A stretch of 63,174 nt of DNA, filler included, from Choristocarpus tenellus KU-1152 (taxonomy: Eukaryota; Protista; Phaeophyceae), in assembly GCA_964200185.2 (NCBI GenBank). It is 12 parts of 12 records of this genome, joined end to end, with 100 filler letters (N's around TTAATTAATTAA, not from the genome) between each part and the next. Parts side by side here need not be neighbours in the genome. Positions count along the whole stretch, not along the records: positions 13,128 to 19,536 come from CAXNAD020008196.1; positions 19,637 to 27,236 come from CAXNAD020005895.1; 10 more parts are not named here. The stretch is one strand, 5' to 3'. Below the pieces are notes generated by a model. It worked only from the letters and a program-made list of their open reading frames with translations, was not told where the DNA came from and ran no database searches. The translations under genes were made by a program, and so were the position numbers. How positions within the stretch are numbered: position 1 is the first letter of the stretch; each line of letters opens with the position of its first letter. Positions 13,028 to 27,336 of this stretch are shown here, one piece after another.

Positions 13028-13702
13028 NNNNNNNNNNNNNNNNNNNNNNNNNNNNNNNNNNNNNNNNNNNNTTAATTAATTAANNNNNNNNNNNNNNNNN
13101 NNNNNNNNNNNNNNNNNNNNNNNNNNNCCAGTCAATTTTGGGTCAAGCCCATCCTCAATGAAAAGCTCCATCCTCAATTTTTGAAATCGGCTGTTATACG
13201 GAAATGATCTGACCGAGATCGCGTCCAAGTATCACCTCTTCATCACATTATCAAAAGCGGTTGGATACAATAAATGATGGTGATGTCCGGTTTTGACAGT
13301 ATGATGACCTCTGACACTTTCTCATACATCAGGTTCCAGGTTTGAATTTGTTTGAAGGAGGGTGTACTACATTTATATTTTGTTAGAGGATGTTACACAT
13401 AGAGGACACAATAATATATGTATGTATTTACGTACAGAATTAGTATATTACTATGTTCTCTCATATTTTGTAGTTAAATTACTCCTTTCCACATGCTATA
13501 TAGACCGATTTCTCACCGATGACTGAAGATGGAAGGAAGTCAGGAAATTTCCAAAATTCTCCTTGGGAAATCGGAGTGGTAGTGAGCACCATTTCACCTT
13601 GTTAGGTTCTTCCAAACCTCAGGGTTAGGGCAATGGGACAAAGGGACTCCTTGATGTTTCGTCTCGTCCGAGTGAAGTAAAGGAGAGCCAACCCAAACTC
13701 GT

Positions 13703-16700
13703 ATGGCAGCTGACAGCGCCGTTTTGCTAGCTCCATTGGAAGCAAATACAGCACAACAAATAATTTCGACCCATTGGTTAGAGTCGTGGGGAGGGGACAG
13801 TGTAGACAAAGGTGCTTGGGGCATGGCGTCACGTGGTGTTGACACCTTTGGAGGAGCCGGACGTTCTTCCATTGCGTCAATGGAAGAGCCGCAGTTTAAG
13901 GATGATCCTGCGGCCGTGAGGAAATTAACGAATCAAGTGAGTTCTCTTTTGCTTTTACTGTCTGAGGGGGTCAGATTGGTTGATGTGGGTGCACTCGTTG
14001 AGCTGATGGCAGTACGTGCCGATCCATTGTGACTGTCCCGTTGTCCCAACTAAGCTATGCATGGGCACTTGAGGGTGAAAGTTGAATGGCAAGGTGAAAT
14101 GGGTGTATGTGTATTCAAATGGTTGAAATAGACGAAGTTTCAGTAATTCCGATTCCACAAACTACGTTCAGTGGGGTGCTGTTCTCCGTTCGATATTGCA
14201 ATTCCTCTTCTTCTGCATCTCTTCCTCATCTGATGAATTACGATTCTCGAAACATTTCGTTCGTACTTTGGGGTTGACTTCAGGTCGTCTCATCGTCCAT
14301 CACCACGCGAAATGGGGCAATCCAGCTTGAGATGCAGGAAGCCTATCGCAAGCTTATCGTTGCAAACGTCGAGCGCAAGGTGAGAGGAATGTCCAAACCA
14401 ACCGTTATACGTCAAATGTTAAGTCGTACTCTTTATGCGTGAACTTTCACTCTTTATCTCACCATGAGAGCTCCTGCCCATGCTCTTCACTTTCGTCACT
14501 TGTTCGGAGAGAGCCAGTGGATGCTGAACAGCAGATGCTCTACGCTCGGACAGGCATTCGAAAATGAATTAGCTGCAGGAGCGGAACGATAGATGGTGTC
14601 GTTTCTGGTTCTCTAAATTCGAGCAGAAGTTGACCCTTGCAACTGTAAAATATCTATAATGTGAATGCAGTACGCAGCTGTGCTGCCATAGGTTCTTTTA
14701 TGGAGCGAATCCTCGATTTGACTAACCCTACTCCAAGGGAGTATGTCATACACTAAAAAGAAAATCTTGCTTCTAGTGCACTGTATCCGAAACCTCGTAT
14801 TGCCGATGTGCATCGACCCCTGGCAAAGATAAAAACTTTCCATAAATGGCGTTTCAAACCAGACTGGTGTTCCCAACCCCCCCACAACCTATCCTTACTG
14901 CCACAAATGCTTTTTGCTTCTTTGCAGTTGACTCTCCAGGATGTGGCATCTTTCTCAACGTTCCTAGTGGGGGTACGATCACGCTTACAAGAAAAGGGTC
15001 AGGCTCTCCGACGTAGGCATAGTGTGCTTTCATCTCTGTTGAAACATGCCCCTCGTGCTCGAGTACAGAGGTGAGACTTAAAGTTGCTACACAAGGGCCA
15101 CCAACCCTGATACTAAATTTTGCTGCTTGGTTTCATTGCAATCCAAGGCAAGTGATATTTGTCTCTGTCCTGCCTGCTGCAATATAATGCTTCACCCTAC
15201 CATATGATGTATGATAGTGAAACAGCTTTTGGATGTACAGGTTGTTGTACAGACGGTCCGCTAACTAGTCTCGGAAATTCCGAACTCCTGTGGACTTGAG
15301 AGTCGGTAGGTGGTGGAATAGTATGGTGGCATGATGCTCATTGGTAATGGTGCAAGTATTTCCGTATGTATGTACTGCATGCATGGAGAGGGTACCTCTT
15401 GATTTATGATCGTAAAAGTATCCTTTTGGGGTTAGGGTTTATTGATTCATTCTAGTACTCTTCATCCGTGTGGCAAGATACAATGATGGATCCACTTTGC
15501 ACGTAGGTGTTTGTGTGTGTATGCATGGGGGGGTCTTTTGCCATGGAACAAAAAAATGAAAATAAAAAAGGGAGGTTCATTGCGTTTACATTGCTGTGAG
15601 GGTAGGGTCGTTGTTGTAATGAGGGCAGGGACTGCTGTCCAAGTATGCCTATATATATATTCCTTTGAATCAAGATGCCCAGAGTGAGGTTGTTCTCCAG
15701 CCTACATTTGGCAGTGCTTGTCATGTCCTACCTGTGTGGCAAGACACTATCATTGATTGAAAGCTACTCCAGCTTACATTGCTTACATCTAGGAGCACTC
15801 TGTTTCTGCCAGACTCCAAACCAGCATGCCCTGAAGTAGGGTCATTATTGGATGCGTTTTTGTATTCTTTTTGGTGGATAAAGAAAACAAGCAATACTCG
15901 ACCTGTTTTGGACCTGTTGCACCTCTTCCACAATGATACTGTTGTGTAATCTATTATTACTTATCTTTATTTCTGTATGTATGAATAACAGCATCATTAC
16001 CGCTATTGGTTAATATATATTTCACAGAATAGCATGGTTAGCGTGCTGAAAATGCAGAGTAAATGAAAATAAGAATGCGAAATGTTAGCTGTGAGTTTGA
16101 TGAGCCTGCCTGGGGTTGGGGTTAGGGTTAGTATTTGGGTTAGTTTTGCTGTCCTCCCATAACCATTCCCTTGATTAATAGGATAGATGATGTGTTAACG
16201 GCGCTTTCCTTTCTTCAACTACATGAGAGGATTGTGGCAGTGGGTTAGTACCCCGTTGAATTTGAACTTTGGATTTGAATTTCGGAGGAAACATGGAAAT
16301 TCTCAGGATAGGTTTGCATGCTCGTAGCAGGTTATCTGCGTGGGTAATCTTGCAGAAGACGTGTTCTTCTTACCCTTACCCTAACCCTAACCCTAACCCT
16401 AACCCTAACCCTAACCCCAAGTCAATATAATTGAAGAGCACAGGCGAAGGTGCTTTTTGTGAACAGCAGGCTGCTGAATAGTTGGTGAAACCCCTCTGAT
16501 TTTGGTGATAAATAAATACATTAGGTGTTAGCTGTGGGACCATGTTCTTTTTATGTAGTCATAGGGTTAAGGTTAGGGGTTAGGGGTTAGGGGTTAGGGT
16601 TAGGGTTATTGTCTACGGTGTACCTTGTACCTCTGCGGTACTCTTTTCTTTTTTAAAATACCAAGTCTTTCTACCGCATCGCAAACCAGAATATGCCTAT

Positions 16701-17130
16701 TTTATCGTATTTTATTTTTTTTACATTTTTTGTTTCTTTGTTTTGGTTGGGGGGACAATTAATTTGAAAGAAAATATGTGTCTCTTATGCTCTTCCTCTT
16801 CATTTTTTTTTGTTCTTCAATTGAATGGAATATCTACCCATATATATTGTTGTATTGTAGTTTATGGCAGGAGCCTCATTGCGGTTCTTCAAAAAATGGT
16901 AGGGTTAGGAAATAAAAAAAATTACGGTTAGGGTTAGGGTTAGGGTAAGGGTTAGGGTACGGGTTAGGAAGTTCTTGTTCCCGTTGGCATCATTCTTTTT
17001 TATTTTTTGTTTTGTTTTGAAGGATATACTCGGATCTTGCTGTGGTGGAGGAGCAAGAGTCCGCCTTGACCAAGGATGTGGACTTGTTCAATAAGCTGCA
17101 GCAGGACCTCAAGGACTCGCCTGCATACAA
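13703..17130 (+). CDS. Unknown spliced protein, helical/coiled-coil (5' part)
   Basis: Phase-compatible GT-AG exons 13703-13936, 14284-14379, 14940-15070 and 17023-17130 give ...EEPQFKDDPAAVRKLTNQ|VVSSSITTRNGAIQLEMQEAYRKLIVANVERK|DVASFSTFLVGVRSRLQEKGQALRRRHSVLSSLLKHAPRARVQR|IYSDLAVVEEQESALTKDVDLFNKLQQDLKDSPAY. Confidence 0.65.
16370..16968. repeat. Interstitial telomere-like tracts in an intron
   Basis: (CCCTAA)n at 16372-16418; (TTAGGG/TTAGGGG)n at 16563-16608 and 16926-16968. Confidence 0.85.
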
Positions 17131-19462
17131 GTGGGTGTCGTAGAACTAACCTTTGTGTTTAGAACTAACCTTTGTGTTGAACAAGTAAAAGGGAGGCAGG
17201 GTTTTGTACTTCCTGGTGAAGGTGTGTGTTTTGTGTGTTTTGTGTGTTTTGTGTGTAGCCAGTGCGTTCGAGTGTGCTTTGTGGTATCAAGGGTGTTGCA
17301 TCTGCACCTGTGGTACTTCACTTTGAGAAGTGGTGTAGATGGAGTTGCTTTTTTGTGGGTATTATTTTCAGTATTTGGTATGACTGGGAAAGTAGACTTT
17401 GAATCATTCTTTGAATGATACTTTCAATGATACATTGAATGATACATTGGGTTTGGATTGCATTGTCAAGCTGACCTCCTTTATACTCTCCATATTTTGT
17501 TTTGTAGAAATCTCTGATTTCAGGGGGAAATCGTGAGCCTCCTGTATTATCTCCTAATAAGTGAAATTGAATTGACCCATTTGAAAAAATCATGTCAATG
17601 AGCTGCATTTCAATTGGGTAATAAAAGGAAAAGCAATCTACAAATACAAGATGTCCTATATTATTCTCAGTACAATACTTTGACGTTCATGCTTCAATCC
17701 TTGGATATTATTCTTAAGCCATTCTGTGAGAAGTAGGTGGGTTAACCCTAACCTTTCAATTGGAAGCAACAATGTGTGTGGAGTTAGGTACATTGAAATG
17801 TGATGACTCAATGATTTGCTGTGTGGTTTTGCAGTAATATTCTTTAGTATATCATGAATTGTTTAGGGTTATGTATTCATGTTTAATGTTTGATTTCAGT
17901 GCAAATTGGGGTTAGGTGACCTGACGAGATGATATGTGCCAATGAGTTAGCATTATTAGTAGTGGGTCTGCAGTGGTGCATGTTGCTGAAGTCATGTTGG
18001 TGATCACATCCTGTCAAGGTTCTATAGTGGTATAATAGAGGGTACAGGTGGAGAGAGCAAGTGAGAAAGAGTGACAATCTGGGAGTTCCACACCATCAAT
18101 AGAATGTATTGGTTAGCCTGGTCCTTGACTACGGGAGACTTCTTTTATAAAGTGGAGTTTGCTACAGTGTGAGAGGGACATGACTACCTACGCGGTGATG
18201 TGATGGCTCTGGACAGCTTTGACGATGTTTTGGCATATAGAGATTTATAGGCATAGGGTTGAGCCTTTTTAGTCCTCTGAGCAAATGTGTTTTTCATGGG
18301 GTGGTTTACGTGGATTACCCAAGGACATGGTCCAAATTCGTAAAGTGAGTGAATCCGATTGATATTATTTTTTTCAATTTGTGCAAAGTGAACTCCCTAA
18401 CCCTTGGAACTACTACGGAGGTTGACTGTGCTAGGTGGGATGGGATATGCATTGATTGAGTTGTTTGGGCTGAGGACGATTGCAATTGAATACATACATT
18501 CCTCTCCTGTAGAAGGCGTTTATATGACTCTCCGCTGTAAGTAAGGTCACTTTCTTTTCCCCACCCTATTCTGGTTGAACTTAGCTGCCACTGGATTGCA
18601 TTATCCACAAAAGTTCTGATTTATGAAATTTTTAGAAACGAAAAAATTGTTTTTCACTTAGCTGTGCTTTTTCTTCCTGGTGCAGTATTCGATAGTGATA
18701 ACAATATAGTGATAACAATATAGTGATAACAATGTCGATAAGAATGCAATTTCATTGTTTACTTGTTCGGGTGGCCATAGCTGGTGTAGGTTTGTCCTCA
18801 CTTGGAATGATTCTGTTGTACCTGATAATCAGTGTCTCTAGCACTATCCGCAGTCCCAGAGCCCATGGCAAGAGTACACTACCTTCTGTGGCGTTTTGTA
18901 TCATTTGTTATCATACATACTTTCCTTTATTTTGGAGAGAGGGTGGTGAGGACCAGTATTTAACCCTACCCTCATGCGTATCCTTGGCACTCTATGTTCT
19001 TGGGTTATACTTGTGTTCCCTTGCATGTTTTATCTGTTCCTTCTCAGCAGTCAACCTTTCTTGATGGACAAATGATTCTTGTCATATTCAAATTTTGTAA
19101 GATATGAAAGTCAATTGACAAGTGTCGACTCCTGTGGCACAGTTTTCTTTTTTTTGTAGGTGTTAGGTATGTATTGGGTGTTTGACTCTAGTACACTCAA
19201 TCAAGGCTGAGGGAGGGCATGGTGAATCCCCTCCTACTGTAGTAAACAATTAAAAAAAAATCCAACTAAAAATAATTAAATGTTGGTGGAGAACACGCCT
19301 CTTGATAGTGAAGGTGAAAATGAACAAAAAAATGTAGTGGGAGATACGTCCAGCATGGATCAAAAGAAGGTGCAATCAAACACCGAGGTTTAAATATCCT
19401 GGAGAAACGCCTTCTGATATCTGTAGAGCACCTTTTTGGGAAATTGTAGTCAATGCACTGAT

Positions 19463-19536
19463 GGGTCAAAGTATCTGGGGGGGGGAGGAGGGGGGGGGCG
19501 GGTTGTGAGGGGGCGTCCGTTTCGGTGAAACAACTT
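19463..19536 (+). mobile_element. MITE family C left arm (cut by contig end)
   Basis: GGGTCAAAGTATCTGGGG...GGTTGTGAGGGGGCGTCCGTTTCGG. Confidence 0.8.
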
Positions 19537-20055
19537 NNNNNNNNNNNNNNNNNNNNNNNNNNNNNNNNNNNNNNNNNNNNTTAATTAATTAANNNNNNNN
19601 NNNNNNNNNNNNNNNNNNNNNNNNNNNNNNNNNNNNTTTGGCATTATTAAACTTGGGAGATGGATATTTCAACGGTGGAAGAGACGGTAGAGCTCTGGTG
19701 AAAAACTTTTCACTGCAAATACGAATTGGATAGGTATCTACTGCTAGTGCAGTGAGTGAAGTGCGGAAGTGTACCCACACCAAGAAAACACATATGAACA
19801 CACTTTTGGAGACACTGCCATTTCATGCACTGGAATGTGAGAGTGCGGTGGGTAAGGTTTGGACTTTGAGGAGGAGTTGGCTGACACATGTCAGGTTTGA
19901 AAACCCCAAATCCTCAGTTCCAAACAGCGGAGGAGAGTATCGCCCTTGCTACCCCACACGCATAAATCGGGAATGAGTGAGTCAGAGAGGTTAGGGAGTG
20001 GTGAAGGGAGGATGCAGGAGGAATGATACCTACTACATTAGTTGCTGGACTCAAC

Positions 20056-20940
20056 TTGTTAGTCATCACGGATCCCAGCGCCTCAAGAACTGCCATTGAC
20101 ACAAAGTTCTCGCTCGCGATCAGTTCAATTCCACACACCTAGAGGGAAGTTGCCGCAAGATAGGGGGGAAGGAGAGGGATGCAATGCCATGAGATACCTA
20201 GCCAAGCATTCCCTCGTTGGCAATGACACGATGAACTGTGAAATAGGGTAGCTCCCAGGAGCTATCAAGGAGGTATAATTTACACGGTCAGGGAAGGTTG
20301 ATGTTCTTGAGGCCTGTGTTGAGAAAAAGGGGGAGACTGCAGAGAAAGTTCGACTTTCCTGGACTGTTCCCGAAAGGAGGCATCCACCCCTGTCAGGGGC
20401 AGCAGCATATCTTGTATGGTATTGTGAATTGCTCTAATTGGATCAAGAAAACATTGCTCTGTAGAGGGTGCTCAAACGAATCAGGCCATCTGTCCACATG
20501 GTCATGGAAATCACTTTTCCCACTCACTACAGTCCTACCTAGCCTCGATAAACAACACCTTCCCTTCTTACCTGCCGTTGCCTTTCAGCCTCAATGATTT
20601 CCCAAACCTCGGGGTCGGTCTCCAACAGGCTGAGATCCGAACCCTTCTTAGTTTCCCTCTCATGACATTCTGTAGAACTTTTAACTACAGCAGACAATGG
20701 CCCATCGGTTCCCCCACCACGTGTCAATAGAACCTCAGTATGTGCTGATGCGGGCAGCCATCCTTGCCTAGTACCTACAACCCCCCCAAGATGGCGGCTC
20801 CACCCTTGCCCACATCTTGCCAGGCTTCGACTACTGGCTTGAGGTCCTGACCTCGATCCCAGAGCGGCAATAGGGAAAGACGCTACGGCTGCTGTGACTG
20901 CGGCAACTGATAGGACCTGCAGGGCTGATCTTGAGACCAT
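20056..20940 (-). CDS. SHMT: Serine hydroxymethyltransferase, exons 1-2, organelle (probably plastid) targeted
   Basis: Exon 1 20940-20572 (MVSRSALQVLSVAAVTAAVASF...LLETDPEVWEIIEAERQRQ|gtaag) and exon 2 20138-20056 (VCGIELIASENFVSMAVLEALGSVMTNK|gt). IELIASENF and LGS.+TNK are SHMT signatures. Confidence 0.95.
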
Positions 20941-22657
20941 GTTCAACTTTGTTCATGGTTGCAATGTAGTCTTGGTTTCATAGTGATGACAGACGGCGCG
21001 CATATTTTTCGCGCGGTGTGATTTGGAGAGGGAAACTCCCACTATTCCCTACATACTGAGTTCTATTACCCCAAGTCCACATGACAACTGATACAAATTG
21101 TACACCAGTACTATTACCAATACCTTAACTGTCGCCATGCACCATGTAACACAAAAATGTCCGTCCCAATGCTATCTGAACATCATTCCTCTCAACCCCT
21201 CCACTCCACAAGCGCTTTAAGTCTCCCCAATAAAACAAGTGAAGGATACCAACAGCAACTTCAACTATAATTCAGCATACCACACCTCTCATAGACTTCT
21301 GATGATAACTTCGATATCATGTTAAAGGCAGCACCAAGCTGGACCAAATTTGCAGTGTTTAGGAAGAAGCCCCCCACCCCCCGGTCCTGTGAGGACTAAT
21401 ATTAGCACCATAACGCTAAGAAGAGGAGAAGATGATGGTTAAAGGATGTTATCCACCTGGTTGAAGCATTATCTGGCCGTTACCACCAACAGACAAGAGG
21501 CAGTAGCCACCACTCCCTTAGAGGAGACAGTTGATAGTTGATATTATTGTTTGCCACTACATTTCTTAATGTGTTCGTTGTGGGGACCTTTTTGGGTTGA
21601 TTCCTAATCTATCTCCAATCATACAACTACCATTTGCACGTTATTCGAACTGTTACATACTTGAGCAATAATGGGAGATTATTTTTGCAATTTTCCTTAC
21701 AGTGTTTAAGACATAGTATAGTGCAAAGAAGTGTAGCCTAGAGATTGAGTGATTGGCTACTTATACTCTCAGCAAGAAACTTTTCTCTGGTATAAAAGGG
21801 TGAGTCCTCAGGTTGATTATAACGTATGGTACGTTGGTCAAATTGAACGAGGCAGTAGGCACATTCAATGCTACTATTCCTAGTATTGCAAGTGTCGTAA
21901 TTGCTGTTGATGATGTGGCCAATTCAGGTATTCTTCTGTGTTCAGAGCTTCTTGCATGTTGTCAGTGCTTACACCCTGTGACAGTGGAGAGTCACATCAG
22001 GTTTTTGGACTACAACAACAAACTTCAGGTACTAACAACGAATGCCTGCAATACATTGAGAAAAGCTGATGGATGAGTATGATCCCCATAAATCTTGTTT
22101 GTGAAGTATACTACCCTCGGAGTACTCGGGAGTGGAGCTGTACTACTGGTAATAAATGTGCCGAAAACGAATACAAATTGCGAGGAGAAATCACCATAAT
22201 ACACGACTCACTCTTGTTACATTGTTTGTTGTGGTTCGTCATAGCAAGCGTAGATAATCATCTCTTCTCAGGGGAGGGTCTACTTAGACCCCTTATACAA
22301 TTTGGAGCTTTTAGAACCTTCTGCCTGAGCCCATTCCCAAGCCTGAAATGCGCCTATTCCCTTTCTTAGGAGGTTGTTGCTAGACAAACCTTCCTCCACA
22401 TGGTTCGAAATTCGGTCTTCTAAGTACTAAAAGCACGTTTTTTATAGAGAGCAGTCATAGGGGCCCCAAGTACTCAACGACACCCCCTCTCCAACATTGG
22501 CTAGGCCAGAAAAATACGTTCTGGGTTCTGGGACATGGTTCCTGTCGTTAGCATTGTGTGTTATTTTGTTGTGTGTGCATGGGGGAACATAGTAGTAGTA
22601 GAGTAGTAGTGCTGTTGTTCTTTAGTTAATCCTTCCCCCCTACCACTACCATTCATT

Positions 22658-25600
22658 TCATATTAATCCTGATCTCTCTTTTTTATCTGGTGTTGTGCCT
22701 TCTTCTCGTCCTGTTGTTGTGTGTACTTCTATGATGATGATGGCGATCGTCATATCCACCAAGAAGAGCTTCTTGGCAGTGATAAGATGGATCACATCCA
22801 CTGAATATCCCAACAAAACATCGACAATATCCCTGAGCAGCATGCTTCTTTGGGTATTTGGTGTCCTCTAGTCCTTGTTGCTGCTGCTGTGTTGTAGCCC
22901 ATCTCTCATCTCTCCCATGAAGCAACTGATATATGTGTTGTCTCACACAACCTGGAAGTATTATAGCTCAACCTGTGGTCAAAGTCGCTACCCTCTACAC
23001 TACGCTTTAGAGACTACTTCAAAGTATGATCTAAGACCTAATGCACTACGAGCAACTGCCCTACCGTCCTTCTCCTGCTTCTCACACATAGGGTCGAGCT
23101 ATCCCACAAATTATCTCTCCTGTCCCTCTTCCTGCGTTGAATCTTGTCTTCTAATCGGCTGATGGCATCGGTCTCCAACTAATTCAGCCTTGCCACCGCG
23201 TTTCATGTTTCCTGTATATCTGTGGTCTAGCAGGCCCAAAGCATCTGGGGGAGGGTGGGGGGTCTACACCAGAGTGTCCATTTGTGCACTTTAATTATCC
23301 ATCCAATATATGGAACCAAATCACCCAAAAATCGCGATATAAAAAAATTGGTCCCACATGGACAGCCGTCACCCCCCCCAGATACTTTGAGCCAGTAACA
23401 AAACATCTAGCAACAACAGTGCGTGCCTTTCTTTGGAGGTGTGGTGGAGGCGCTCCATTAGTGTGGGGTGTGTTGCCTTTGTGAGAAATTTAGGGAAATT
23501 GCCAAGGCATAACCACCAGTAATTTGCTAAAGATGCAGTTGACCGTCAGTTCTTCATGAGACGTGATCAGGCTACAACTATCCTTCGAATGCAGCAATGC
23601 AATACTTCGTAAAAAAAAAACATTCTTACGATGTGAATCGTGCAAAAAAATAAGTCAAATTATATAAAATAACATTCCCTGGAACAAATACGCACAGTAC
23701 AACAAGCTGTGTTCCCATGTAGTATATATATTTTTTTCTAACCAATAGATTGTATTGAAGACCATATGGAAGTCTTCAACATTTTGACCCACACTGGAAG
23801 TGCGACGAATTGCTGGCATGGAAATGTCCTACAGGGCCCTACTCTTCAAGAGGAAAACGATGGTGACCCCACACTCTGAGTGGTCCCGTGGGAGAGAGGA
23901 TATCATCTTGGTGAGTGCGGACATTGTCACGGCTGTTCTTAATGGTTTGAACTCAAGCTGACCCACAATTTCTATAGTTTACTATTCCAAATAACCCCTA
24001 ATAATGGATGGACCAGTCAGTCCAAACAATTCCATTTCACTATCAAATATCATTACAACAGGTTGTAATATAGAAACCCCCCCGACAAAACAAATATAAG
24101 AACACTTTCGAGGTCACAGAGAGTATAGTATAACAATAAATGTACAGGTTCAACTCTCTAAAAATGCAACCCACTGCTGCAGTGTTGTTGGAGACATTTA
24201 GTTTCCTTTGCACTATATTATTCACTACTCGAACAAGCAGGACATCATGTACATAATACTGAAAAGAACAGTTTCTTCTGCTCTTTCCATTCCTAGGAAC
24301 CTGCCTGTGTCTTATCGACGGAAACATAATGGGTTACGTGGTACTGAGTGCTGGTTGACTTCGAGTTCTCAATCCAAGCAAAAACACAGAACCAGACACA
24401 CATATGACACTAACCACACACACACACACACGATTTCATACTTTTACGCAAGCCACAAAAACCATACTCCCGACCACCCTAGCTATCACTATACTTGATA
24501 TGGGAAAGTCCACGGCAAAACCAAAAGACTGCCAGCAGATTTGTCCAGCTGTCCGTTTGCAACACATGAAAACAGACTGAAGTATACATTGACTGATGTA
24601 TTCGATACACAACACTGCTCCTGAATCAGCACACGCCATGCATGTGTTCTATAAATACAAAAGAAGGGAACCCAAGCCCAACCTACAAAGGGCCAGGACG
24701 AGCTTCCTCAGAACAGCAACACATAAATTCGTAGGCCCACAACAATGGCCAAGATTAGCGACAGAAAAGATCAAAGCTGCAAAGTGCAGATAGATGGAAC
24801 AGAAAGTTTCTAGGATTGTTTGGGTGGGGGGGGATACCAGCCTATGTTGTCCCCATACCACCAGCTCAGATACCAACATTAAAGAGGTATACTACATAAG
24901 ACCACCTCGCTTCTCGACCTTCGACACTGGAGTGCCAGCAATGGATGCCCATCTGTTGCTAACCGTGATACGTACTTCTAACTTGGGTGCTCTGTTGGCT
25001 GTGTTGACTCCTCCTGTAGGTGAGGCCCTTGCGTCTTCATGCCCAGTCCCTCCCTCCAAAAGTTCGGAAAAGAGGGAGGCGGACACTAGGCAGCTGCACA
25101 CCAAAAAAATCGAACAACACAGGCCCAGTCCAACTGTTCTAGTCCACCTCAGCGATCTAGTAACTGACATCTCACAACAGACAGTAGAATTCACTCTGTC
25201 TTTGAGGGTCAAAGTTGCATTAGTGCCCGAACCTCGAAAAATAATAGTCCAGGTTCGGTTCGATAACATCATTGATGTTTGTCACCTGCCACTCGAGTTC
25301 ATAGCCATCATCCACCCCCATGACATCGCTCTGTAGCGTCAAGAAATGTACCTTGTCAGACGAAGCAGAAACCGGCGTCAGGGTTAACACTGAGAATACT
25401 AGGGTTAGGTCACAGAACTCAATAATTGCAGTCTACACAATGGAAAAATAAGAAACCCTAAATGATTCACAGCAGATACAGGAACAGACAGTTTGTATTC
25501 GTGTTGGAGCAATGCCATTGTCGAGGGGCAGTGGATGTGTAATTTCTCACCAGCTCAGTAGAGCTTAGCTTGCTACCAAAGTACAATATCTTACATCATG

Positions 25601-26200
25601 CTAAACTGGAAGGATACACCCACCTCGCAATCTCCACATTCCCCACTCAACCTTAGCACAAATAGGGGAATCTTTGAGGGATTAGGCTTTTATGGTCACT
25701 GTTGGGAATCAATTCAGGCGTACGTAAGCCAATGCCCTACCCACAGCAATGCACCTCAAATCATGCAGTGACTAACCGCTCCCGCTCCCCTCCCCTCTCC
25801 CCCCTCTGATATACGTGCATAGATACACACACGTGTACAAACATGATTGTCCTCCTAGCCCAGCTAATACGTGCATAGATACACACACGTGTACACACAT
25901 GATTGTCCTCCTAGCCCAGCAACTAAACGCCAGCATTCCCAAGAGATTCGCACAGGTTTGAGTCTGGTCATTGTCAGGTTTTCTGTTCAGTCCAACCTTT
26001 TTCCAATGGACCACTAAGGAATACACGCCTGTACTATCCTGTCTATTGCTGAACTACAAAGCACAACGAAACCCGAGGCGGTAAGACTAGGGTGCAAAAC
26101 AATGACAAGGCGAGTACTACACAAACTTCAAGGGAGGAGGCAGAGCGATCAGCAGCAAAGCGGCCAAAGCCGAGGCGCTAAAAAAACCCCGTGCACGCAT
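22658..26200 (-). CDS. Putative multi-exon gene for a secreted/membrane protein (weakly PIG-X/PBN1-like); exon chain uncertain
   Basis: Signal-peptide-like start MRARGFFSASALAALLLIALP at 26200. Candidate exons: VHFLTLQSDV...DYYFS, CLVSASLF...RAPKLE, LDKSAGSLLVLPWTFPYQ, VPRNG..., and a hydrophobic last exon DIVDVLLGYSVDVIHLITAKKLFLVDMTIAIIII. Confidence 0.3.
23233..23393 (-). mobile_element. MITE family B copy
   Basis: GGCCCAAAGCATCTGGGG...CCAGATACTTTGAGCC. Flanks AGCA/AGTA fit a 4-bp TSD with one mismatch. Confidence 0.85.
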
Positions 26201-27336
26201 TGGGGATTGCAATTGGTTGTAGGGCAACCGTTACGTCACACCTCGTAGTTTATGAGAAGTGCTGCATTGTGTGCAGTCTCTTAACCACGGTTTGGGGCTA
26301 GGTGGGGGTGAGCTAGGTTCTTAGTCTCAGACTAAGGCTAAGGCGCATATAGTGATTAAAAAACTCATGCTGATATGCACACCTCAAATCCATCCCCGCA
26401 GCTTCTGTGAACCTCTTTGCCGGTATCGTCCTCCAGTACAAACTCCTCTCTGCAGCGCAGCTCCACATCTGCTATCACCTTCTGTGGGGCTCGACCTTCC
26501 ATCTCATTGATCAGTACCCCTTCGGGTCCAACCTCCACAAAGAAATTGATTGCAGCATCGGAGGGTGTAAACATTAGAGGACCCCGGGGGGAAGGAGGAA
26601 AATTCTGTGTGAAGTAAAAGTTCAAAGTTTGTCACAGGGGGCAAGGAATATGTTTCCAGACACACATTACCTCAGAGCTTTACGTCCAATCTCATCGTCT
26701 ATCTCTTTGAATCCATCCTAATAATAGCAATATACTGTAGTGGTGTCAGACTACGGAACAATGGTGGCATGAAAAGATTGTTGTTGGGGATGTGGGTTGG
26801 TCCTGGCCGACGAGATGGGCAGAGGATTGCAAAAAAGGGGGGGCGGAAGGGGAAGGGAGTATGGTGGGGGAGTGCGAGGGGGCTGGTCCCTTACAGCGTA
26901 TGCACACAAGCTTGGCACAAATATCAACACCTACATGGTGTTATGCAACGTTTTATCCATGGACGGGGGGGGATGAGAGTAAAAACCTTGTACAAGTCAA
27001 AAAGAGTAAGAAGAGAGTTTTATCTCGCTGAAACTCTAAACTCTTCCCTCCGTGCGTCCATCGCAGACCAACCAAAGCTAACAGGCTACATCTTGCTCCC
27101 CTCGCCTCCTGCCATTCACAAGAGACATATTGGTACTCCACTCCCACCCTCGAAAACATCTGCCACTCTCCCCGCCCCCCCCCCCCCCAAAAAAAAAAAA
27201 ATACCCCGAATTTCCCCTCCCCCCCACAACCCCCTCNNNNNNNNNNNNNNNNNNNNNNNNNNNNNNNNNNNNNNNNNNNNTTAATTAATTAANNNNNNNN
27301 NNNNNNNNNNNNNNNNNNNNNNNNNNNNNNNNNNNN

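Noticed and set aside
13520-13552. Hammerhead ribozyme core (CTGAAGA...GAAA)
   Set aside because: No stem II or flanking stems could be paired.
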